A stretch of 63,995 nt of DNA, the filler included, from Octopus bimaculoides (taxonomy: Eukaryota), in assembly GCF_001194135.2 (NCBI RefSeq). It is 8 parts of 7 records of this genome, joined end to end, with 100 filler letters (N's around TTAATTAATTAA, not from the genome) between each part and the next. Parts side by side here need not be neighbours in the genome. Positions count along the whole stretch, not along the records: positions 5,631 to 27,735 come from NC_069003.1; positions 27,836 to 34,101 come from NC_069000.1; positions 34,202 to 39,598 come from NC_068987.1; 5 more parts are not named here. One strand, given 5' to 3'. The first letter of the stretch is position 1. Each line of letters starts with the position of its first letter. This document shows positions 25,755-38,113 of this stretch, piece by piece. A program made the position numbers and the translations under genes. Below the pieces are notes generated by a model. That model made no database searches, had not been told where the DNA came from, and was given only the letters and a program-made list of their open reading frames with translations.

Positions 25755-26642
25755 AATCCACTGGGAGTTATGTACAAAGCTAGAATTTGACCATATCGGT
25801 AAGGGTAGTGAAGTGCGAGAAAGTAAGAAATATAAGGGATTGTAGAATTTTAACATTCAGACTTTTAGAATAATAGAAACTAGGCCTGATTTCGCAGTAG
25901 CAGATAAAGAGGACTGGAAAGTGCCAAGTAATTGGTAGCTACCTCTCGCCCCATTTTTGGGTGAGACTAGCCAATCATCTTGTAACTTTCCTCAGTTCTT
26001 GTTCACCTGGAGTTCCGGACCAAACCAGACCCCAAGCAACCTAACCGGTCCTTCTGTCAAGCGCACCACGACGCTGTCGGGTGGCATGGACCTGTCTCCC
26101 TCTAGATGTTGAGCTGCAGGCTCACCGACTCCTACTGGTTAATCTTTACTCCTGTCTCCGTCTCGTACTCGCTTAGGGTTGTGTCGGTCACATTTCACAA
26201 TCCCCAAAATTGAGAAAGTCAATATGAGAAGTGTGGAGAAAATAGTAAAGTACCAGGACCTAGCCATTGAGTTACAGAGGCTATGAAAGTGTGGGTAAAA
26301 TGTATCCCTGTAGTTTTAGATGCATTAAGAACTATTCCTAAAGATTTGAACAGTTGGATTGAGGAAATAGGCATAAAACCTAGTTTAGTGCAACTCCAGA
26401 AAACAGTGTTATTAGGGATAGCTAGGGTATTTAGGAAGGGTCTTGTCATTTAAGTTTACTTGTAGCCTGTTGTTAGGGATTTTCCCCAACAGTCTAACCT
26501 GTTGTTCATAAATGAAGTAATAATAGTCTTTTTATTGGCCACAAGAGCCACGCACAGAAACAAAAGTACGATATAGCATAAAGAACAAGGGGTTTACATA
26601 TAGCACGTGTAAACAGAAAAAAAACCCAATCTCTCTCTCTCT

Positions 26643-26703
<61 letters not shown>

Positions 26704-27533
26704 TGCACACGCATGATTGGCTTTTGTCAGTTTCTACTAAATCACTCGTACAACCAGATTATATGTGGGTATTTTAGGTGCAGTCATTAGGGTGTTAACT
26801 TCGCGAGCATTAGGGCGGGGTTTCCATTCTTGTTTCGATTGACGCGTTGTGACTTTGGGAAAAGAAACATGATTTTTGTATTGCTGTAGTCTCCTCAACT
26901 GAATTGAATATCGTTGTTTGAGCGACTAAAAGTTGTTTCTTCAGCGAGCATTCATTGATTACCCGAGAAATGGTAATTGTATACTCTTACTGCCGTATTG
27001 ATCAGCAGACAAATGATGATTGTATACAGTTACTGTTTTATTGATCATTATTAATTGATACGTATTGATAGATATTGGTTGTTTTTTGTGTTACAGGAAG
27101 TCACGTGATTTGGAATAAAAAAGATGTGAATAGAATCAGGTTCAGGGGGATAACTTGCTATGTGTATGTACTTGTGTATATATGTCTGTATGTGTATATG
27201 TCTGTATGTGTATATGTGTGTGTGTGTGTGTGTGAGTGTGTATACGCCTGGGTATGTATGTGCTTATGCGTGTGTGCGCTTATGTGTATATACGCCAGTG
27301 TGTGTGTGTGTATGTGTGTGTGTGTATGTGTGTGTGTGTGTGTGCACGTGTATGTGTATGCGTATGTGTGTGTGTGTGAATGTGCGTTGATTTTTAAATG
27401 GTCTAGTACTGAATATTTCATGTGTTATCGTACTGTATACAGGCACACACAGGCAAGCACGGTGCACATACATATGTATACGAATATATATATATATATA
27501 AATCAAAAAAAGCAACACAGATTTTAAAGGTTA

Positions 27534-27598
27534 TTGCAGTACGCACGTTTCATGCTACTCCATTTATTTAAGTAATGCGAGCATTACATTAAATGCAA
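27534..27598 (-). ncRNA. Heavily decayed HHR-like motif
   Basis: TTGCA..(TTAATGTA)-ATGCT..AGCAT-GAAA-CGTGCG-TA/C-TGCAA: three helices present, CUGANGA core mutated. Confidence 0.35.
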
Positions 27599-27735
27599 AA
27601 TGTAGAGCAATCTTGAGCTGCACAAGAATATAGAAAATTACAGCAGAATGGACATATTACTAATTGTGGTAACATTTAAAATCTAAGTGGGAAGAAGAAT
27701 ACATAAAAATCCATTTTGACGTAGCCAAGGCTAGC

Positions 27736-27835
27736 NNNNNNNNNNNNNNNNNNNNNNNNNNNNNNNNNNNNNNNNNNNNTTAATTAATTAANNNNNNNNN
27801 NNNNNNNNNNNNNNNNNNNNNNNNNNNNNNNNNNN
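27736..27835. other. Artificial assembly spacer
   Basis: TTAATTAATTAA at 27780-27791 within 44+44 N. Confidence 0.95.
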
Positions 27836-27869
27836 TGTGTGTGTGTGTGTAGAAATGTGTACAGAACTT

Positions 27870-28100
27870 CATGCACCACATGCAATTCTCTGGATATGAT
27901 CAGAAAGGTAGGGTTTGGGTATGCAGGGGTGCTAGAAAGAAGTTAGATAACATTATACGTAATGAAACCAGTGGTACCTGCCCTAGATATAGTAGTAAAG
28001 ACTGGAATAGAATACAAAGAGTTTGTGACAAAGCAAACAGGGTGAACACGTGGAACAATACCAACAAATATCAAGGAGTGATGTTTGTAGAGGCCACAAC
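27870..28100 (+). mobile_element. Probable retroelement (PLE-like) coding remnant
   Basis: SGYDQKGR..NIIRNETSGTCPRYSSKDWNR..YQGVMFVEAT resembles the post-RT region of some PLEs; recognition from memory only. Confidence 0.4.
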
Positions 28101-29227
28101 CCATATATATGGACTGCAACTATGCTGGGTCACAGTGGGACTGAACCCAGAACCATGTTGCTGGGAAGCAAGCTACTTACCACACAGCCACTCCTACTCC
28201 TACATATATGAGAAAAAGAAAATGGAGGAATTGGGATATAGGCATCAATTTATTAGAACATAACTAATTCCAAACAAAAACAAACTCATAGCACCTACAA
28301 TTGTTTCCATGTTCAATGAATTCAATTTGAGAAATTAAATTAAATCAAATTAAAGTTTCATATTGAATATAATTAATTGGGCTTCTTTTGGTTTCCATTT
28401 ACCATGTGGTTGGGAAGCAAGCCTCTTACCTTACAATCACATTTGTATATGTGTGTGGTTGTGTTTGTGTGTATTCTTGTTTGACATCATGTGATAGGCA
28501 TAAATAAACTTCACCATCAAATAAGCAATGTTCTTCATTTCCTGCCTTCCATGAAAAACACGTCTAGCCAAGGGGGAAAATACAAGCTCATTGGGAAATA
28601 GGTGAAGGTTAGCAGTAGGAAGAGCATCCAGCCATAGAAAATCTTCCCCATCAAGTTCAGCTTGACCCATACAAGCATTGAAAAGTGTATGTTAAATGGT
28701 GCTGCTGCTGATGAGGTCAGTAAAAGATGGGTGTGACTCTCATGATAGTAGAAATGGCAGTGTATTAGATTGTAATAGAGAACAGTTAGGTTAGCTAAAA
28801 GAAGAATTAAAATCCAGACAGAATACATTAACAAACAATCTATTCTGTTAGAAAAAGCTAGCAAGAATACAACAGAGACGGAGAGAGTTTTAAAACAATC
28901 TAGAATAATTACCAAATAAAATTAACACAAAATGTATTTAACACTAAGACGACCAGTAGCAATGTGTTTCTTCCTGAATGTTACAAGCACAAACATAAGA
29001 TTCTCTAACAGAAAAGAAATAACAACTACAGTAGTTATAAAACACTGCAGTTAAACATGTTATCTGGTGCTGTGTAATAAAAATATAAAGTGAAGTTGTA
29101 GAGTGTTATGGTTTAGAATGTATGGAAGACTATAGGTGCTGATACTATTTGTTGAACATTTGTTTATAGTTTATGTTCGTTTAGTATATTCTGTTGTTAT
29201 TCCTTCACAATATGATCCACCATATTC

Positions 29228-29395
29228 TACATGGTTGTTCGGTTAAGAAGCTTGCTTTGTGCCAATGTGGTTTTGGGTTCAGTCCCATTGCATGGTACCT
29301 TGGACAAGTGTCATCTACTATAGCCCTGGGCCATCCAGTGCCTTGCGGGTGCATTTGGGAGATGGAAACTGTGTAGAAACCTGTCAAGTGTATGT
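29228..29395 (+). mobile_element. SINE family A (5' part)
   Basis: GGTTAAGAAGCTTGCTTT..GGGTTCAGTCCCA..CCTTGGACAAGTGTCATCTACTATAGCC. Confidence 0.75.
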
Positions 29396-29429
29396 GTTGA
29401 TATATATATATATATATAATTATAAAATC

Positions 29430-29745
29430 TGTTAATTAATCATATATTAATTAATATCGATTAATTATCAGGAGGCCAGCACATCTAAAGAATCAAAGAG
29501 ATTCAGAAATATTATCTGCAATCTCAGGGGATTAAGGTACATTTTAAAAAATAACGTCGACCACTAACGTGGACAATTAATGCGCTAGAAATAGATCACA
29601 TCTTGTGTCTATTAAGACCTAAATTGTTCTCAACATGAAATATAGCAGCATACCAAACCGTGAGCGGGCAAGACATTTAAAATCACCTAAAAAAGCATTC
29701 TTAAACAGGAACCGGTTTCGGATTTAACAAATTCTTACCATATGC
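29430..29745. repeat. Distant relative of the 1-924 HHR repeat
   Basis: GACCACTAACGTGGAC..GCTAGAAATAGAT..TGTTCTCA..GGGCAAGACA matches the 516-bp unit in order; minus-strand CGAAACCGGTT lies where the HHR 3' half is expected. Confidence 0.55.
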
Positions 29746-30149
29746 AGGCAGATAGATAGATAGAGAGACAGATACACACCCATACATACACAACTGTGTG
29801 TGTGTGTATCCCCACCACCTTACAGATAATTAGTGGTGATTTTTTTACATCCTATAACTTAGTAGGTCAGCAAAAGAGACTAATAGAAGAATGTATCAAA
29901 CTTAAAAATAAAGTTGTACTGAAGTGGTTTGGAACAGTCAAAGACAAGGCATCAGATATGTAATTGGAATTGCATTATAAGACAACGCATCATAGATGTG
30001 AATGAAACTGCTGTTTTGTGGTGGCACACAAGGAGCACAGGCATATAAGGTGCACCCCAAATTTTAGCGGCACATGTTCAGGACAAAAAAGTTTTTAGTG
30101 CTTATAGAAGGCTTAACTCAAGACCCAGGGAGGGTTTTTTTTTTTTTTT

Positions 30150-30795
30150 GAGGCATTTTTCAGGGGGAAAATATGTGCATCTCTGGGTCATCAAATATGT
30201 CATTTTTTTTTTTTTTGACACATTAGTTCTTACAAAATTTTTCAAATGAAAGCACATGCATAGATGATGGTACATATGTACGATTTTATCATGATTTCAC
30301 ATCTGAATTCCATGCTGGCATGGGTTGGATGGCTAGTCCAATAATTCATATTGGAGCTACTACTCTCAAAAACTGCTACACACGCACACACACGTGAATA
30401 GGTTTCTGCACAAATTCAATCTACCAGCTTCTACTCACAAGGTAATAGTCAACCCACAGATTTTCGAGACATTTTTCAGGAGAAAAAAAAAGCATCTCTG
30501 GGCCATCAAATATGCCATATATTTTTTTTTTGTTGACACAACACTAGTTCTTAAAAAATTTTTCAAATGAAATCACAGACTTCAATGTCAGCACACACAC
30601 ATGTGATTTTATCACGATTTCACATCTGACTTCCATGCTGGTATGAGTCAGATGGATACACAGTCTGAACCATTCATACTGGGAGCTACTACTCTCAAAG
30701 ATAGCTGCACAAACACACACACACACACATGTGAATAGTTTTCTGAGCAAATTCAATCTACCAGCTTCTACTCACAAACTAATGGTTAACCCGAT
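30150..30795 (+). repeat. Diverged tandem duplication, about 315-bp unit
   Basis: GCATCTCTGGG..ATCAAATATG..GATTTCACATCTG..GAGCTACTACTCTCAAA..AAATTCAATCTACCAGCTTCTACTCACAA occurs twice. Confidence 0.85.
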
Positions 30796-31476
30796 GAAGG
30801 GAGAAGTAAAAAAGAAAATATTACATAAGAATTCCATTTGCATTTTACAGCCATTTTATTCTGTGCTACCGTGAGTGGATTAGTGTTAGTAAATTTGAAT
30901 ATTAACATATTATTGCATGCAACAATAACTTTGGATAAAGTAAGCAGAATAAGCAAACAAAATAATAATAATAGTAATAATAATAATAATAATAGAATTT
31001 GAAAATGTAGACTACCTAAAACCGCTTTTATTGGCTTACCATCTCTGAAGACATTTCCTTTCTAGTTTAATATTCATAAAATGGCAAAAAGTGGAGGGGG
31101 GTGATAAAAAGTGAGGAAGAAAAAAAGAAAGAAAAAGATGGCTTTTTTCTGTAGAGCTTTGATGGAAATTTTGATTTACTTTCCTTTAATAATGTTTCAA
31201 ATTTGGAAATGATAAAAAGATGTGTCTTCATAAAGCAAAACGAAGTTAGGGTGATGGTCTCAAATAAAAAAAAATTTAAAAATTGAAAGAAAAGATTTTT
31301 TTTTTTTTTTCTTAAACTGAAATCAAACGCCTATTAAATAGAAGTATAATTTTAATTGAAAGATTCCAGTTCTGTATTTCCTTGATTTTTTTTTTCTTTA
31401 GAGAGAGTGGGGATGAGAGAAGAGGGAGGAAGGAGAGTGAAAAAGGGGGAGAGAGAGAGAGGAAGAGTGAGGGGGA

Positions 31477-31517
<41 letters not shown>

Positions 31518-31729
31518 CAAATTTATGGAAAAACACTGCAAATAAAAGATAGAAAAAAAGAAAAAGAAGAAAGTGCCAATGAAGAAATAGACTATGTAAG
31601 TCTTCTCTAACAAGAAATATTCATTAGAACTAAATGAAGGTAGTTTCGAGAGAACAATAATATCAATAATGTATTTGGAATGGTTACAGAGAAGGTAAGG
31701 TGAATCATGATTATGTAACAGGTACAGGT

Positions 31730-31860
31730 GGGGGGTGTGGTAAGTAGCTTGCGTGGCACCTTAGTCAAATGTTTTCTACTGTAGCCTTGGGTCAGCCAAA
31801 GCCTTACGGGTGGATTTGGTGGATGGGAACTGGAAGAAGCCTGTTGCACGCGCACGTGTG
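31730..31860 (+). mobile_element. SINE family A, internally deleted
   Basis: TGTGGTAAGTAGCTTGC..AAAGCCTTACGGGTGGATTTGGTGGATGGGAACTGG. Confidence 0.7.
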
Positions 31861-32439
31861 CGTATATACTTGGTGGTGGTGGTGGTGGGGGGTGTACAGT
31901 TATGAAAAAAGAAAACATGTACAATACTCATTTATTTTTATCGAAAGAATTAAGTTAGCTTCATTTTGATATTTTCAGTGTCGTTAATCTTAATAATACA
32001 TTTATCGAAACTTTTTAATTTTTTCGATAAAAATAAATGAGTATTGTATGTTTTTTTTCATAACTGTATACCTACTTTTGCACGTCCACCTGTATGTATG
32101 TATGTATGTATGTATGTGTGTGTGTGTGTGTGTGTGTATGTAAAAGTTGTAGCTACCTTTACCTTTCCCTTGGACAACATTGTTGGCATGGAGAGAAGAG
32201 GCTGGGATGCATGGGCGACTGTTGGTCTTCCATAAACAACCTTGCCCGGACTTGTGCCTAAGAGGAGAACTTTCTAGGTGCAATCCCATGGTCATTCATG
32301 ATTGAAGTGGGGTCTTTACCCTTTATCCTTAGTATTGGAACAATGAATTCTGGATTTAGTAAAGGATATGGGGAAAATAAATTTGGAGATTCATTCAAGT
32401 TCTGGGGGTTGAGGTAATCAAATAATAATAATAATAATA

Positions 32440-32651
32440 GTTTCACATTTTGCCACAAGGGTAGCCATTTTAGGGAGGGGATAAGTTGATTACATCGACC
32501 CCAGTGTTTCACTGGTACTTAAAATTTATCAACCCTGGAAAGATGAAAGGCAAAGTTGACCCCAGCAGAATTTGAACTCAAAATGTAGCGATGGGTGAAA
32601 TACCACTAAGCATTTCGTCTAGCGCACTAATGGTTCTACCAGCTCACCGCC

Positions 32652-32652
<1 letters not shown>
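32440..32652 (-). mobile_element. SINE family B
   Basis: Same family as 12601-12833, beside an (AAT)n tract. Confidence 0.8.
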
Positions 32653-32718
<66 letters not shown>

Positions 32719-34101
32719 TAATGCTTGTGTTGTGGTGTGGGGTTGATGTGGAAGAAAAGCGAAGATGCAGTTGACCACAGCAGGCTTCAAAATTCAAAAT
32801 TTGCATGGAGTGACCTCTACACTGCTTGCTACAGTATGTCCGTCCGACTGCCACCACCACGGCCCCACCCCATCTCCTACCCCCGTCCCTCCATCTTTCT
32901 CACGACCATTAAAATATACACCGATGCGCACAACAAAAGTCCATTAGGAAAAAGAAAGCCGAAACATCGAATAGAATCTATAATCGAGTTCTCGTTAAAG
33001 TAGCACAACGAAATAAACCAAAAAACAACAACAATAATAACAACAACAACAAAATAAAATAAAAAAAAAACTGAAGAAAATTCCATAGGATATGTAATCA
33101 ATTTGATAGACACCAGAGGTTGAACATAAGAGAAATCTGAGGTAACAATGGTTTATTGTAGCAGATAGAGGTGTAGAGGTGGGGGGGGGGAGTTGTATTG
33201 TAAAAGTGAGAGGGGTGAACGGGGGGTGGTGGAGGTAGAAAGAGCAGAAAATCACAGTGAACAAAGGCAGCATTNNNNNNNNNNTGGAGGTGTCCATTAA
33301 AAGTTATTAGCAGTGAAAGCAATTGACAGAGGGAGAGAGAGATAGAGAGAGAGAGAGATAGAGAGAGAGAGAGATAGAAACAGAGAGAGGTTTAGAGAGA
33401 GATGGAGAAGAAAGAGAGGAGAGAGAGAGAGAGCTACAAAAAAAAAACATACAAAAACCCCAAATGTTAACAACAGATATTTTGAGTTTATTGCAGAGTT
33501 GTCAGAATGGTTTGGTAATTCCAGGCTTCTGGTCAGTTCTAAGTGTTTGCAATATGAGGGCAAAAGTCTCATGGAGATCTTTTTACTAGTGCTCTGTGTG
33601 AGTTTGAGAGAGGGGGGGGGAGACAGAGAGATGGAAGAAAAAGAAAGAGATGTGAGGAAAAGAGAGAGAGTTTGTGTAAAGGAAGAACTGTGTATGTATG
33701 TGCATGTGTGACCCTATAATGTGCTGTATGAGGTTGTGTATACCACATGCAGTGTGAACGTGAGCATAGGTGTGAGTATATGTGCGAGAGAGAAAGGTAA
33801 AGTAATGTGTTGGTGTGTAGACTTACAGCATTTACAAAGTATGTAAGCGCATTTGCCAATATAACACGCGGTGTGCAAACCAGGCAATTTTCTGTGTAAG
33901 GCCATGTGTGTATTTATGTATGTACATATGAATGCGCGTGTGTATGCGTATATGTGTGTGTACAGATATTTGTGCATATGTAGGTATGTGTGAGAAAAAA
34001 AGTGAGAAGAGGTGGAGAGAGAGAGAGAGAGAGAGAGAGATTGTGCAAATGAAGATGAGTTTGAGAATGAAATGGAAACTGGACATGGACAAAGGTTTCT
34101 G

Positions 34102-34201
34102 NNNNNNNNNNNNNNNNNNNNNNNNNNNNNNNNNNNNNNNNNNNNTTAATTAATTAANNNNNNNNNNNNNNNNNNNNNNNNNNNNNNNNNNNNNNNNNNN
34201 N
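34102..34201. other. Artificial assembly spacer
   Basis: TTAATTAATTAA at 34146-34157. Confidence 0.95.
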
Positions 34202-34271
<70 letters not shown>

Positions 34272-34904
34272 TAATAATAATAAGTAGGTGCAGTTTTTAT
34301 TATAAGGCTTATTTATGTGAATCGAAACAACAGGCGATCCTTAATTCGCATGTCACATATATATGAAATATATTTATTCGATATTCAAATGCTACACATA
34401 TGATAGAATACTATAAAACAGAAAACTCTCAAACAAATGAACTTCGTTGCTTTTAAATTAGCAAATTCTAGTAGCGTATTACTGCATAATCCGGCTTCTG
34501 TTATCAGATACTCAATCAGATACGCATGCATATATATCTAGATATGTGTGTGTGTGTGNNNNNNNNNNTTATTTTATATTGAAGCTGATATTTTGTTTTT
34601 AAATAAGGCCTAATTTATTGTATTCGACTTATTGAGCTATGGTTCATGCTACAGCATTTGTTGTTTTTAATACAATTGTTAGCATTGATGTTGTTGTTGT
34701 TGTTGTTGTTGTTGTTGTATCATCATCGTCGTCGTGCAGCGATTCTTTTGCACTGAATATTATTCTTTTTATTGGATTTTTAAAACCATATTCCAGGCTT
34801 TTGGCGACTCAGAACATTAAACAATTCTATAATTCACCACCGCCATCATAATTCTAAATATTCCTGGCATCATGAAAACTGACTTAAAATAAAATACAAT
34901 ATTA

Positions 34905-35087
34905 ACAATAATAATAAAGATAATGATAATAATAATAATAATAATGATAATAATAATAATAATAATAGTAATAATAATAATAATAATGATGATGATGATG
35001 ATGATGATGATAATAATAATAATAATAATGATGATGATGATGATGATGATGATAATAATAATAATAATAATAATGATAATAATAATG

Positions 35088-35166
<79 letters not shown>
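34905..35166 (+). repeat. Compound (AAT)n/(GAT)n microsatellite
   Basis: Direct reading. Confidence 0.95.
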
Positions 35167-37304
35167 ACTATTATCGTCATAAGACTCAGCATTAGTTTTA
35201 TTGGCATCCTCATTAATTAAAGAGGCATTAGTTTGTTAAATCTGTAGAGTGTGGAAATATATCTTGCGGCATTCATGTACTATATTTTATTTCTGAATTG
35301 AATTCCTTCCAGGTTCTACTCTTTATGCAGAAGACATGGCTGATGCAAAAATAATTATGTACTGCTTCCGAATTACCCCCNNNNNNNNNNTTACAAATTT
35401 TAAATGTTTAACGAGATTTACGTTCAATCACCGAATAACTCTAGGGTGATGAGTTAGAAGAATTGTCAGAAATTCCTAACAAAATGCCTTGAAACACATA
35501 TTCTGCCTCTTTTCGTTAGTAGCTCAGATAGCGTCGATGGCAAAATGCTTTGCGTCATGAAAGGTTCCATAAATGTGAGTTCCAAATCAAGTGTTCGCTT
35601 CATTATAATCAATATGTGGCCTTAATACTCAGCAAAGAATTAAGTGATACTTATTTCCTATCCAAAGCAGTTACTCTTCAATTTATTTAATTTTTTTGTT
35701 TTTTCGAAATAACATGGTTAGAATTACATCAAGATTATAGCTGGTTACTTGAAAAGAGTGAATGCTGGACGATATTCAATTATTCCAATGGAGTTACTCA
35801 CGCTGGCGATGTTCTAATCAAGTCTTCCGTGTCAAATTTTAATTTTGGGAGGAGTGGTGGAGAATATTGTTAGTTCTGTGTAAATTAACCGCAGCGTACC
35901 TAGGAATACTTACTGTGCTTATGATGAATATAATTGTTCTATATATACTTTAATTTACCAAGGGCTAAATGTAGACCAAGTTTCATGCTTTTAATGCTGA
36001 GAGAGTGCATGCTCTCTTAGCAGGTTATTTTGCTCCTATCAGTTTTCTAGTTGTTGGCATTGCATCTTAACTAACCTCTTCAGTTTATTTACCTAACACG
36101 ACAGCGGTTTTTGTATGTGCCCACGTATTTAATCATTGAATGTGTATTTTCCACACCTTTGCATTCAATGCCGTGTTTTGCTGGGCTTGTCCTCAACATT
36201 TGCGACATCTGTTCTCGTGTAAACTGTAGATAACTAAACACCGTTATTGCTATTTTATACGACAATACAATTTGTGCGATGCCACTATCTTCTTAACTCC
36301 GTTCGAAATAAAATACAATAAATGTTGGGTTGAAGCATTTTGTTGCAGATCCCTACATGTTTCATTTTGCTTCACTGACAGCTGGCGATACTGATCTTAT
36401 AGCCTATAAAAGCACTGCGAAGGTGTTTAACGTAGTTTATATTTTGTACATAGATCTGGTTTTCAGAACATGGCTTTTAAACTTTAAATGTATTTCATAA
36501 TATTTCTATCGGTTCTTTACCTTCTGAGTTCAAATTTCCTCGATGTCGTCCTTGATTATGCTTTCAATGTTACCATGTTATCAAAATAAGCACTGCAATC
36601 GATTTAGTTGGTGGAAAGAGGCCCCACAAATGTTTTAGGTCATGTGACCATTAGTACATAGGTCAAAATATCTTGAGGCAATTCCGGCTCTCTTCATTGC
36701 AATAAAAAAAACTCACATAGCTTCACCTTGCCTTTCATTAACGGGGCTACAGTATCATTCAAGCTCATTGGCCGATAAAATCGATTATACACACCCGTGA
36801 AACAGAAAGCGTGTGGCTATACGAGCATCATTACCATTATGAGAAAATCTCTCGTGGTATTTTGTTGAATCTAATTCTTACCTTGTTTGAAATCACAGCT
36901 GCATTTTCTGCCCACCTTATTCTATATTTCACTCTGGTGGAAACTAATACCTGAGAATAACAATAATCTGAGGACGTCGATGTACTAAACTGTACTCCGC
37001 CTCCCAAAATAATTGGCCATGTTTTTCTGCGAGAACTCTTCCTATTTTCCGTTTCGGTTTTCAGTATATAAAAAAAGCTTCCCGTAGTATTTCAATATTA
37101 AGTTATATTTTCGTTTCTTTTTGCATTTCCTGATATTAAGATTGTTTCATTTTAAAAAATTGATTTCGGTATGGTGGATGAATTTTTTTACATATGCACT
37201 ACTACTACTACTACNNNNNNNNNNCTTTTTGCATTTCCTGATATAAAGATTGTTTCATTTTAAAAAATTGATTTCGGTATGGTGGATGAATTTTTTTACA
37301 TATG

Positions 37305-37510
<206 letters not shown>

Positions 37511-38052
37511 GGTTACTGCTGCTGCTAGTAATCGTTTAGTCTACTAATAATTTGTGTTGACGTTTGATGTGTATTATTTTTTTCATTAAATACAAGCAAT
37601 TCGGCACCTAAACCGAAGATTTGTCCGCAGTGGTAGTAGTAGTAGTAGTAGTAGGTTGGAAAGAAGAGAGGTATGTGCATGAAGGGAGAAAATCGGAAAC
37701 GCATCGGCAATAAGAGACCCAACAACAACAATTAGCACATCAATAGCAAGTGAATCCGTATTGAAAGTGCAAACAGTTTTATAAAGCATTCTCTTCAATC
37801 TGCTTCTCCGACGGTGAGTTTGTAATTTATGGTGGAGAGAAAAATAAAAATAAAATGAAGTTATCGCCCATGAGATATTATTCCATTCAATCATTAATTA
37901 CACAAATACCTAACACATGAATATATGCGCTTAAGTACATTGTATAGTATAATCTCTCTTTCGCCTTCTCTCTCGATTTGTTTTCGTATATATATGAGTG
38001 TATGTGTAAGTGTATACACATACATAGACACATATGAATGTATGTAAATATG

Positions 38053-38113
<61 letters not shown>

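Larger units (their letters stand above)
25100..26452 (+). mobile_element. R4/Dong-like non-LTR retrotransposon 3' remnant (REL endonuclease), interrupted by two insertions
   Basis: QKECKKRHENLRRIIH|IHWELCTK; FNIQTFRIIETRPDFAVADK; EKIVKYQDLAIELQRL; CIPVVLDALRTIPK; LQKTVLLGIARVFRK. Insertions at 25247-25754 and about 25936-26180. Confidence 0.8.

Noticed and set aside
34902-35213. Poly-Tyr/His and poly-Ile/Met ORFs
   Set aside because: Translations of an (AAT)/(GAT) microsatellite.
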